Shown here: positions 1 to 8,421 of the stretch, piece by piece
Layout: each line of letters starts with the position of its first letter
Numbering within the stretch: position 1 is the stretch's first letter
Origin: Nitrospirota bacterium
GTDB lineage: Bacteria > Nitrospirota > UBA9217
NCBI GenBank assembly: GCA_963749655.1
Contig: CAVVOB010000020.1
Span: 40,854-104,853, forward strand
DNA length: 64,000 nt
Direction: 5' to 3'
Made by a program: the position numbers and the translations under genes
Notes under the pieces: generated by a model
The model's database searches: none
Seen by the model: only the letters and a program-made list of their open reading frames with translations
Told to the model about the DNA's origin: nothing

Positions 1-101
1 GTGAATTCCTCGACCAGTGCGTTCGTCGACTCGGTGAACCGGCCGCCCCAGGGCTTGGTGGACTTGTTCTTCTTCTGAGTTGTTTTTTTCTTGTTTGCCA
101 T
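1..101 (-). CDS. argH: argininosuccinate lyase, first 33 codons only (gene runs off the window)
   Basis: Minus-strand ATG at 101..99. The translation MANKKKTTQKKNKSTKPWGGRFTESTNALVEEF contains the PWGGRF motif typical of ArgH N-termini. It lies directly downstream of argG. Confidence 0.6.
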   Translation of the reverse strand, partial: MANKKKTTQKKNKSTKPWGGRFTESTNALVEEF

Positions 102-189
102 ATCAGCTGCGGAAATTCCAAACTTCAGCCATCAAACCTCAAATAAGCTCCAATTTTTTGTCCCTGGAATTTATTTACGATTTCGTTTG

Positions 190-1395
190 CTATTTGGAGT
201 TTGCCTTCGCTCCTATTCTTAATCTCAGTGCGTTCAGCCTGATGAAGCCTTCGGCGTCCTTCTGATTGTAGACCCTGTCTGCTTCGAAGGTCGCCAGCTC
301 GGGGTTGTAAAGCGACACCGGCGACCTGCGGCCCACGGTGTCGCAGTTTCCTTTGTACAGTTTGATGCGCGCGGTGCCGGTCACGTTCTTCTGGGATTCG
401 TCGATCGCCGCTTGGAGCATGAGGCGTTCGGGCGAGAACCAGTACCCATAGTACACGAGCTCTGCATATCGCGCGATCAGGCTGTCGCGAAGGTGCATGG
501 CCTCCCGGTCCATGGTGATAGACTCCACGGCCCGGTGCGCTGCATGGAGGAGCGTGCCGCCCGGCGTTTCGTAAACCCCGCGGGATTTCATGCCGACGTA
601 GCGGTTTTCGACGAGGTCCACGCGTCCGACGCCGTGAGCCCCCGCGATCCTGTTCGCCTCTGCCAGGAGCGCGGCCGGTGAAAGTCTCTTTCCGTTGACG
701 GCAACGGGATTTCCCGCCTCGTACTCGACCTCGACATATTCGGCCTTGTCCGGCGCCTTTTCAACGGGCACGGCAAGGGTGTACATGTCGACCGTTGATT
801 CTTTCCAGGGATCTTCCAGAATGCCGCCTTCGTAGCTGATATGAAGCAGGTTCCGGTCCGTGGAATAGGGCTTGGCCTTGGTCGCCGTCACCGGGATCTT
901 GTGCTTCTCCGCATAGGCGATCAGCTCTTCCCTGCCTTTCATGGTCCATTCCCGCCAGGGTGCCACGATCTTCACTCCCGGCTTGAGCGCGAAATAGGTG
1001 AGCTCGAAGCGGACCTGGTCGTTGCCTTTTCCCGTTGCGCCGTGGCAGACCGCATCGGCATTCTCTTTCTGCGCGATCTCGATCTGGCGTTTTGCAATGA
1101 GTGGCCGGGCGATCGAGGTCCCCAGGAGATAGCGGCCTTCGTAGACCGCATTCGCCCGCAGCATGGGGAACACGAAATCGCGCACGAATTCCTCGCGCAG
1201 GTCGTCGATGTAGATCTTGCTTGCGCCGGTCTTGATCGCCTTTTCGCGGAGCGGCTCCAGCTCCTCGCCCTGACCGATGTCTGCGGTGAAGGCGATCACC
1301 TCGCAGCCATAGGTCTCCCTGAGCCAGGTAATGATGACTGATGTGTCGAGTCCGCCGGAATAGGCGACGACGATTTTTCCGATATCCTGATTCAA
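190..1395 (-). CDS. argG: argininosuccinate synthase
   Basis: 401-aa ORF with the [12 protein letters not shown]-PPase motif and a full-length ArgG-like sequence. TTG start, with GAGGGA 5-6 nt upstream. Confidence 0.95.
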   Translation of the reverse strand: MNQDIGKIVVAYSGGLDTSVIITWLRETYGCEVIAFTADIGQGEELEPLREKAIKTGASKIYIDDLREEFVRDFVFPMLRANAVYEGRYLLGTSIARPLIAKRQIEIAQKENADAVCHGATGKGNDQVRFELTYFALKPGVKIVAPWREWTMKGREELIAYAEKHKIPVTATKAKPYSTDRNLLHISYEGGILEDPWKESTVDMYTLAVPVEKAPDKAEYVEVEYEAGNPVAVNGKRLSPAALLAEANRIAGAHGVGRVDLVENRYVGMKSRGVYETPGGTLLHAAHRAVESITMDREAMHLRDSLIARYAELVYYGYWFSPERLMLQAAIDESQKNVTGTARIKLYKGNCDTVGRRSPVSLYNPELATFEADRVYNQKDAEGFIRLNALRLRIGAKANSK

Positions 1396-1406
1396 AACAT
1401 TCCCTC

Positions 1407-1508
1407 AATAAAAAAGGGACGCAGATGAACGCTGAAGAACCGGATACGACAATGATGGCCGATGAAGCCTATGCTTCTATCTGTGCCCATCTGCGTTAAT
1501 CTGCGTCC
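1407..1508 (-). terminator. long hairpin plus T-run between ppiase stop and argG RBS (terminator or leader structure)
   Basis: On the minus strand, GGACGCAGAT (1508..1499) and a second copy AACGCAGATGG (1497..1487) can each pair with ATCTGCGTCC(C) (1426..1416). A CTTTTTTATT run follows immediately, about 15 nt before the argG RBS. Confidence 0.45.
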
Positions 1509-1512
1509 GAAA

Positions 1513-2121
1513 TTATTTGCCTTCGACTATTTTCACCTTCATCTCAACGCGATCATTCGGCTTGTCATTGGCGTCCCGGGGCTGGGAAACGATCTTGTCC
1601 ACCACTTCCATCCCGTTCTCCACTTCGCCGAAGACCGTGTACTGGCGGTCGAGGAACGAAGAATCCTTGACGCAGATGAAGAACTGCGATCCCGCGCTGT
1701 CGGGGCTTTGAGCCCTTGCCATGGAAAGCGTACCGCGCTTGTGGGGCCGGTCGTTGAACTCCGCTTTGATGGTATAGCCCGGTCCGCCGGTCCCGGCGCC
1801 GCGGGCCTGCGGGTCCTTGGTGATCGGGTCGCCACCCTGGATCATGAATCCCGGAATGACGCGGTGAAAGATGGTGTTGTCGTAGAGGCCCTTTTTGGCC
1901 AGGTCGATGAAGTTCTTTACGTGGCCCGGCGCCTTGTCCGGGAAGAATTTCAGCGTGATGTTTCCGAACTTCGTTTCAATGATCGCCTTTGTTTCCGACA
2001 TTTTCTTGATCTCCTCTTTGGTGGCGGTTATAGTCTTGAGCGGCTTGCCGAACTGCGCGGAGGCGGTAAGACTCACGAACAGAATGGCCAGGGCTGTAAC
2101 CAGAATTCCGGCAATCTTCAT
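1513..2121 (-). CDS. peptidyl-prolyl cis-trans isomerase, cyclophilin type, with N-terminal signal peptide
   Basis: FHRVIPGFMIQGGDP and GTLSMAR motifs. The hydrophobic N-terminus MKIAGILVTALAILFVSLTASA suggests export. Confidence 0.9.
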   Translation of the reverse strand: MKIAGILVTALAILFVSLTASAQFGKPLKTITATKEEIKKMSETKAIIETKFGNITLKFFPDKAPGHVKNFIDLAKKGLYDNTIFHRVIPGFMIQGGDPITKDPQARGAGTGGPGYTIKAEFNDRPHKRGTLSMARAQSPDSAGSQFFICVKDSSFLDRQYTVFGEVENGMEVVDKIVSQPRDANDKPNDRVEMKVKIVEGK

Positions 2122-2497
2122 TTTGCGTTAAATCCTCCTGCAGGCATTTTTCAAACGGGTGTTCACGGGCCGAAGACACTACGAAGGACAGTTACTGAAT
2201 CTATATTCTTTTACCAGAAACCCCGGGGGTTGTCAAACAAAACCAGAGGCTTGCGGAAGGCGGAATACCCCGGCAGGAAGGCCCCGGACCGACTTTTTTA
2301 GTTAAATGAACGGTCCGGCAAAAGTGCTCTGCCGATTGGCGGTTTCCCGGATCTGCTGTTATACTAAAGCAAGAGGGTTGCGGTTCTGAAGGGGGTCCAG
2401 CCGGATGGACCTGGCTGAGCCACGGTGCCGATACCGGCGCTGGAGGCGGAAGTCTTGTGCTTCCGGCGCGGGAAGAGGTGTGATTCGAGAGGGGCCT

Positions 2498-2893
2498 ATG
2501 GCTGCCGATGAGAAGGACAAAAGAGATTTTATCAGGGTTCCCCTGAAGACCGAGGTCGCGGTCCGGACCGGGGGGAGGGTGATACGCGCTGCTGTCGACC
2601 TCAATCTCAGCATGAACGGGATCGCGTTCAGAACGGACCAGGCAGTTCCTGCCGAAGGGGCCGCATGTACCGTGCAAATTTTTCTGACCGGCCTCGAGCA
2701 GAGGATCGCCATTGAAGCGGAGGGCGCCGTGGTCCGTACGGTTCCGGGAAGCCTGGCAGTCGAGTTTACCGAACTGGACCTCGACAGCTACCATCATCTG
2801 CGTCGACTCATACTGAGCAATACGAATGACCCTGACCGGGCTGAACGGGAATTCGAAGCGCACTGGGGCATCCGTCGGCCCCGCCCGGCTTAA
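2498..2893 (+). CDS. PilZ domain protein
   Basis: ATG at 2498 preceded by GAGAGGGG. The RDFIRVPL ... DLNLSMNGIAF pattern resembles the PilZ RxxxR / DxSxxG signature. Confidence 0.6.
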   Translation: MAADEKDKRDFIRVPLKTEVAVRTGGRVIRAAVDLNLSMNGIAFRTDQAVPAEGAACTVQIFLTGLEQRIAIEAEGAVVRTVPGSLAVEFTELDLDSYHHLRRLILSNTNDPDRAEREFEAHWGIRRPRPA

Positions 2894-3029
2894 GCGGAGC
2901 ATTTTGGCGGGGCCTTTCTGCGGGAAAGGGTGCGCGCCGTCACAACATTCCTTCCAATTTCAGGAGTTTTCTGGTACTATTTCGAACCAGCGCCAATGCT
3001 ATCGTTCACATCACGAAAGGAGTGTCATC

Positions 3030-3455
3030 ATGGTACAGAAGGCCAGCGGCAAGTTGACGGACATGTTGAACAAGGCGATCGCCCGCGAGATCCAGGTGAG
3101 CGTCCAGTACATGTGGCAGCATGTGATGGCGAAAGGGCTCGAGTCGGCCGAGATTGCCGACGTGTTCAAGGACGTCGCGATCACCGAGATGAAGCACGCT
3201 GAAAAGATCGCGGAGCGGCTTTTTTACTTCGACGTCGCGCCCACGACTAAGCCGGACCCCATCAAGATGGGCGGCACGGTCAAGGACATGCTCGAGTTCG
3301 ATGCAAAGGCCGAGGAAGAGGCCATCGATCTCTACAAGGAAATTGTCAAGCAGGCGGGAGCGGAAGGCGATTCCACGACCAGGCTCCTCTTTGAGCAGAT
3401 CCTGGCTGAGGAAGAGGAGCATCACGACACCTTTACGACCCTGCTGGGGAAGTAA
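3030..3455 (+). CDS. bfr: bacterioferritin / ferritin-like di-iron protein
   Basis: ATG at 3030 with AAAGGAG 8 nt upstream. Two ExxH di-iron motifs (ITEMKHAEKI, EEEEHHDTF). The Met in EMKH sits where Bfr binds haem. Confidence 0.75.
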   Translation: MVQKASGKLTDMLNKAIAREIQVSVQYMWQHVMAKGLESAEIADVFKDVAITEMKHAEKIAERLFYFDVAPTTKPDPIKMGGTVKDMLEFDAKAEEEAIDLYKEIVKQAGAEGDSTTRLLFEQILAEEEEHHDTFTTLLGK

Positions 3456-3552
3456 CGGATTCGTTCCGCGGCAAACGCGGGATTTCTACGGTTCAGGAAC
3501 ACCCGCTCTCCGACACCGGTTGCCGGCACGTTGACCTTTCAGCACCTAACCT

Positions 3553-4398
3553 ATGCAGATCATAACCGCTATCCCGGAAATGCAGTCCCTCGCCGATTCC
3601 CTGAGAAAGCAGGGGCGCGCGATCGGCTTCGTCCCGACCATGGGATTTCTCCATGACGGCCATCTTTCCCTCATAAATCACGCGCGGCAGGAGTGCGACG
3701 CCACGGTGGTCAGCATCTTCGTGAACCCCACGCAGTTCGGGCCGCAGGAAGATTTCGACCGCTATCCGCGCGATGAGGAGGGGGACCGGAAGAAGTGCGA
3801 ATCCGCAGGCGTCGATTTTCTGTTCATGCCCCGTGCAGGGGACATGTATCCCTGCAAGCCCGACGTGTTCGTTACCGTTGAGGGGGTCTCCGGCCTTCTT
3901 GAAGGCGCGGTGCGGCCGGGGCATTTTCGGGGCGTTGCCACGGTGGTCTGCAAACTGTTCAATATCGTCCGGCCGCATAAAGCTTTTTTCGGGCAGAAGG
4001 ACTACCAGCAGTGCGTTGTGCTCAAACGCATGACCGCGGGCCTCAATATGGATGTCGAGGTCACGATGCTTCCGACGGTCCGCGAGCAGGACGGCCTTGC
4101 CATGAGCTCTCGTAATACCTACCTCGGCAGGGACGAGCGTAGTGCCGCCGCTGCGATCCATCGCGCCCTGTCTGCAGCGGAGCATCTGGTCCGGGCGGGC
4201 GTGAAGGAGCCTGAAAAAGTAAGGAACAAAGTGCTGGCTGTGCTGCGCGAGGAGCCTTCGATCTCGGTCGACTACATCGAAATCGCTGACCCGGAATGTC
4301 TCGCGCCGCTCGATGTCGTGGGGGAGAGGGTCGTGATATTAGTTGCTGTCCGGATCGGACGCACCAGACTGATTGACAATCTTCTTGTCGTGCAATAA
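3553..4398 (+). CDS. panC: pantoate--beta-alanine ligase
   Basis: PTMGFLHDGHLSL (HxGH), FVNPTQF and SSRN motifs over a 281-aa full-length ORF. Confidence 0.95.
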   Translation: MQIITAIPEMQSLADSLRKQGRAIGFVPTMGFLHDGHLSLINHARQECDATVVSIFVNPTQFGPQEDFDRYPRDEEGDRKKCESAGVDFLFMPRAGDMYPCKPDVFVTVEGVSGLLEGAVRPGHFRGVATVVCKLFNIVRPHKAFFGQKDYQQCVVLKRMTAGLNMDVEVTMLPTVREQDGLAMSSRNTYLGRDERSAAAAIHRALSAAEHLVRAGVKEPEKVRNKVLAVLREEPSISVDYIEIADPECLAPLDVVGERVVILVAVRIGRTRLIDNLLVVQ

Positions 4399-4614
4399 GT
4401 AAAGAAGCGCCCGCCCCGATCGTTCATTCCAAGCCGTAACGACGTTCTCGCTTCCAGGGACGGCGGCAAGGGCCCTCTGCATCCTGTCCATTGTGGCAGA
4501 ATCATTTTGCCCCCCGGTTAAAAACCGCGCATAAGAAGCCAGGCTGGAAATTCCCTGTGCCGGATGCACGCTCTCGGACAGCCTGCTCATTCGCAACTGC
4601 TGTATACTTGAAGT

Positions 4615-5364
4615 ATGTTCCCGATCAAGGACACCATTCCACGCTTTAACTACCCCTTCGCCACGGTGGCGATCATTGTCGCAAATGTGCTCGCCTTTGC
4701 CGTCGAGCTCTCTTTTCCCGGTGATGAACGGGACGCCTTCATCTACCTCTTCGGGCTTGTGCCGGCGCGGTATTCGCACCCATCCTGGGCGCAGGTAATG
4801 GGCCTTCCCCTGGACACGTACTGGCCCTTTGTAACGAGCCTGTTCCTGCACGGCGGCTGGCTTCATCTCATCGGGAACATGTGGTTCCTTTATCTTTTCG
4901 GCGACAACGTCGAGGACCGGATGGGGCCGCTTCGGTTCGTTTTTTTCTACCTCTTGGCCGGTATCGCGGCAAACGTCGTGCATTTTTTTGCAAACAGCGA
5001 TTCACCGATGCCGGTCATCGGCGCATCGGGCGCCATTGCAGGCGTCATGGCCGCCTACCTCCGCCTCTATCCCCGCGCCCGCATCGTCACGCTCGTTCCG
5101 GTCCTGTTCTTTCCGTTCTTTTTTGAAGTGCCGGCGGTGCTCTTTATGGGGTTCTGGTTCGTGATGCAGCTTTTTTCCGGTGCTCTATCGCTCGCGATTG
5201 CGGATCAGGGAGGAGGCATAGCCTGGTGGGAGCATGTCGGCGGGTTTGCGGTAGGATACCTGCTCATCAAGCCTCTGTGCAGCAGGACGCTGGGCGGCTG
5301 CCGCAGGGACGATCCTGCGAATATGGCTGTCGATGATGGATCAACCGAGAAACGGCAGCTGTAA
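4615..5364 (+). CDS. rhomboid family intramembrane serine protease
   Basis: Multi-TM ORF with LHGGWLHLIGNM and GASGAIAG (GxSG) motifs. Confidence 0.85.
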   Translation: MFPIKDTIPRFNYPFATVAIIVANVLAFAVELSFPGDERDAFIYLFGLVPARYSHPSWAQVMGLPLDTYWPFVTSLFLHGGWLHLIGNMWFLYLFGDNVEDRMGPLRFVFFYLLAGIAANVVHFFANSDSPMPVIGASGAIAGVMAAYLRLYPRARIVTLVPVLFFPFFFEVPAVLFMGFWFVMQLFSGALSLAIADQGGGIAWWEHVGGFAVGYLLIKPLCSRTLGGCRRDDPANMAVDDGSTEKRQL

Positions 5365-5577
5365 CCACGGATGAACACGGTTAGACCCTAAATCAACAAC
5401 GGAGTCCAAACGAAAAATTCACCCCGGTGGTGATCATGTTTTCGCGTGAGCACGTTGAATTATCCGCGCTTATCCGTATTAATCGTGATTTAGCCCTCTT
5501 CCTGGGCAGAAGGTTTTTCCCAGCAGGCCACATGGCGCCGTTCTTTCCGGCCGGAGAGCCGGAGGCAGGAACGGCGT

Positions 5578-7083
5578 TTATACCATGACCACTTCGTACT
5601 GTTCCTGGTGAAGGTTGGGGTCGGCTTTGATCACGATCTTTTTCTGGAATTCCTTTTCCAGCTCTTCCACCCCCTGCCGTTCCTCGTCGTAGAGCATGTC
5701 TGCAACCAGGGAGTTGACCGTGACGAGCGCCTTCTTTTCCTCGGCATTGGTGAAGGCCCGGCGGAGCTCGCGCAGGACCTCGTAGCACACGGTTCTGCTC
5801 GATTTGACGAAGCCCCGGCCGTCGCAGTAGGGGCAGGTGTCGCAGAGCGTGCGGCCCAGGCTCTCACGGACGCGCTTCCTCGTCATCTCGATGAGCCCGA
5901 TGGGTGAGATGTGGGAGATCGTCGTCTTCGCCTTGTCGCTTGCCAGCGCTTCCTGAAGGGCTGAGTAGACCTTCCGGCGGTTGTCCTCGCGCTCCATGTC
6001 GATGAAGTCGAGGATGATGATCCCGCCGATGTTCCGCAGCCGCAGCTGGTACGCGATCTCGCGGACCGCCTCGAGGTTGGTCTTCAGGATCGTGTCCTCC
6101 AGCGTGCGCTTTCCCACGTACCGCCCCGTGTTCACATCGATTGCCGTGAGCGCCTCGGTCTGGTCCACGATGATGTACCCGCCGGACTTGAGCCAGACCT
6201 TCCTGCCGAGGGCGCGCGAGATCTCGATCTCGACGCCGTAGTGATCGAAGATGGGATCGTCTCCGTCGTAGGGTTTCACGCGGCGGCTCAGCTGGGGAAT
6301 GTAGGAGTCGATGAATTCCTTGACGCGCTGGTATTCTTCTGCTGAGTCGATGACCATGCGGTCGATGTCGCGGGTAAAGATGTCCCGGATGATCCGGAAA
6401 ACGAGGTCCAGTTCGTTGTGTACGAGCGCGGGGGCGGACATACGCTCTCGTTTTTTGTGGATGTTCTCCCAGAGCCTGCCGAGAAACTCGATGTCCGCCG
6501 TGAAGTCGTCCTCGGTCCTGCCCTGGCTCGCAGTCCTGATGATATAGCCCGTGTTCGGCTTCCGGAGCCTCCCCACGATCTCCCGGAGCCGTTTCCGTTC
6601 CTCGCCGTTCTCGATCCTGCGCGATACGCCGATGTGGTTCACGCCCGGCATCATGACCAGGTATCTGCCGGGGATGCTGATATAGGTCGTCACCCGGGCG
6701 CCCTTCGTGCTGATCGGCTCCTTCGAAACCTGGACCAGGATTTCCTGGCCTTCCTGCAGCAGGTCCTCTATCTGGTTCGAGTGCGTGCGCTTCCGTTTAG
6801 TTTCAACTTCCAGCTCAAGCCCTTCGTCGTCCATCATGGGCGTGTATTCCGAGGTGCTGTCGAAGACGTCCCCCACGTACAGGAACGCGGATTTTTCCAG
6901 GCCGATGTCCACGAAAGCGGCCTGCATACCCGGCAGCACCTTCATCACGCGGCCCTTGTACACGTTGCCCGCAATGCCGCGGTCTTTTTTTCGGTCTATG
7001 AATATGTCGGTGACAAGGCTGTTTTCAAGAAGAGCGACCCGCGTTTCCTCCCTGCCTGCATTGACGATGATCTCTGACGACAT
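5578..7083 (-). CDS. rng: ribonuclease G/E family (Rne/Rng) protein
   Basis: The start was moved to ATG 7083 (AAGGAG upstream). An S1 domain (GNVYKGRVMKVLPGMQAAFVDIG) is followed by the RNase E/G catalytic core (DVNTGRYVGK, IGGIIILDFIDM). Confidence 0.85.
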   Translation of the reverse strand: MSSEIIVNAGREETRVALLENSLVTDIFIDRKKDRGIAGNVYKGRVMKVLPGMQAAFVDIGLEKSAFLYVGDVFDSTSEYTPMMDDEGLELEVETKRKRTHSNQIEDLLQEGQEILVQVSKEPISTKGARVTTYISIPGRYLVMMPGVNHIGVSRRIENGEERKRLREIVGRLRKPNTGYIIRTASQGRTEDDFTADIEFLGRLWENIHKKRERMSAPALVHNELDLVFRIIRDIFTRDIDRMVIDSAEEYQRVKEFIDSYIPQLSRRVKPYDGDDPIFDHYGVEIEISRALGRKVWLKSGGYIIVDQTEALTAIDVNTGRYVGKRTLEDTILKTNLEAVREIAYQLRLRNIGGIIILDFIDMEREDNRRKVYSALQEALASDKAKTTISHISPIGLIEMTRKRVRESLGRTLCDTCPYCDGRGFVKSSRTVCYEVLRELRRAFTNAEEKKALVTVNSLVADMLYDEERQGVEELEKEFQKKIVIKADPNLHQEQYEVVMV

Positions 7084-7256
7084 GAAGTCTCCTTGGCAAT
7101 GAGTTGTATGGTGCTGATTCCATTCTATATTAAGTCGGCTTTCTAAACAAGGGTAAAGCGACGAAAGGAGTATACAGCATCGAGACGGATGTCTGAGCAA
7201 TCAATGGGACGAAGGCTATTGGTTATCTGACATTAAACTTGCTTTTATAATACTAA

Positions 7257-7532
7257 GTGAGGAGGCAGACTATGTCAAGGAACCTGAAAAGTATGCTTCA
7301 AAGCGCAATCTCGAACCTGGAATTTGGCTACCGGATCATACGCGGTATTGACTATGCAACCTTGAGCCAGTATATCCTCAAGATCAATAAACACAGGGAT
7401 ATTGACGCAATTCTCAAGGAAGTCTCCCATTGTTTGAAGGACATTCTTGATTATGAACTGTTCGGATTCGCACTGAAAATCAGCAATTCAGTGGACCTCT
7501 GGATCGATCCCGTGCCTACACCGCGTCCTTGA
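7257..7532 (+). CDS. N-terminal fragment of a GAF-like sensor domain (probably the 5' part of the following GGDEF gene)
   Basis: 91-aa ORF with AGGAGG upstream. The sequence ILKEVSHCLKDILDYELFGFALK looks like the start of a GAF domain. Its stop TGA (7530..7532) overlaps the TTG start of the next ORF. Confidence 0.5.
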   Translation: MRRQTMSRNLKSMLQSAISNLEFGYRIIRGIDYATLSQYILKINKHRDIDAILKEVSHCLKDILDYELFGFALKISNSVDLWIDPVPTPRP

Positions 7533-8374
7533 CAGGCTGCGTAGAGAAGGATTTTGGGAGTCAAAAAGCTGACCATTGTATCCACTATTTTGAGAATGGA
7601 ACCGTGGAAAACGGTCATAATTATGACGCGCCCGAGGTGAATAATCTTATTTCTTACTGCGTTATCGACGGCAAGTATGCTGCCCGTCTTTATATAGTAC
7701 CGGGTAAAAAAATGCTCTATCATCACGACGGCATCATTTCCACCATCATCAGTTCCATCAATATTGCTCTGGAAAAACACCTCAACATGAGACAGCTCGA
7801 GCATGCGGCAGCCGTCGATCAGCTGACGAACTGCTTTAATCGCAGAGCACTGGACACCTTCATCGAGAATGATGTTTTCTATGCCTTGCGGCAGAAATGC
7901 GATCTTTCGGTCATCATGTTCGATCTGGAAGATTTCAAGGAGATCAACGATTGCTTCGGCCATTCGGCAGGCGATGCGGTCCTGAGGGAGATTGCCCTGC
8001 TGGTGCGGACCATGGTCAGGAAATCCGACTATATTGTCCGCTACGGCGGCGAGGAGTTCGTGCTGGTCCTTCGCGACACGAAACTCTACGATGCGGTCCA
8101 CCTGGCGCACAAAATCAGAAAACTTGTCGAGAACCACTCCATAGGGTACGGCCAGGAGATCCTGAAGGTGACCGCAAGTTTCGGCGTTGCGAGCCTTGAG
8201 GCCAAAGGCGACGGAAAGAGTCTGCTGCTTGAGGCGGATGAACGGCTGTATGCATCCAGGGGATCGGGCAAGAACAGCGTCGTGCCGAGCCTGCTGCCCT
8301 GCTTCGCCGACAAGAACTTCGTCACGGGCCGCAGCGTCGTTCATCAGGGCACGATCTGTGCGCGGGCCATGTAA
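7529..8374 (+). CDS. diguanylate cyclase (GGDEF domain; GGEEF active site)
   Basis: RYGGEEF, an RxxD-like I-site region and DQLTNCFNRRAL. The N-terminal 100 aa look like the remainder of a GAF domain. Confidence 0.85.
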   Translation: MTGCVEKDFGSQKADHCIHYFENGTVENGHNYDAPEVNNLISYCVIDGKYAARLYIVPGKKMLYHHDGIISTIISSINIALEKHLNMRQLEHAAAVDQLTNCFNRRALDTFIENDVFYALRQKCDLSVIMFDLEDFKEINDCFGHSAGDAVLREIALLVRTMVRKSDYIVRYGGEEFVLVLRDTKLYDAVHLAHKIRKLVENHSIGYGQEILKVTASFGVASLEAKGDGKSLLLEADERLYASRGSGKNSVVPSLLPCFADKNFVTGRSVVHQGTICARAM

Positions 8375-8421
8375 GGAAAATTTTTACCAAGGCAGGAAAA
8401 TCTTTCCCGCCTGACGAGCCC

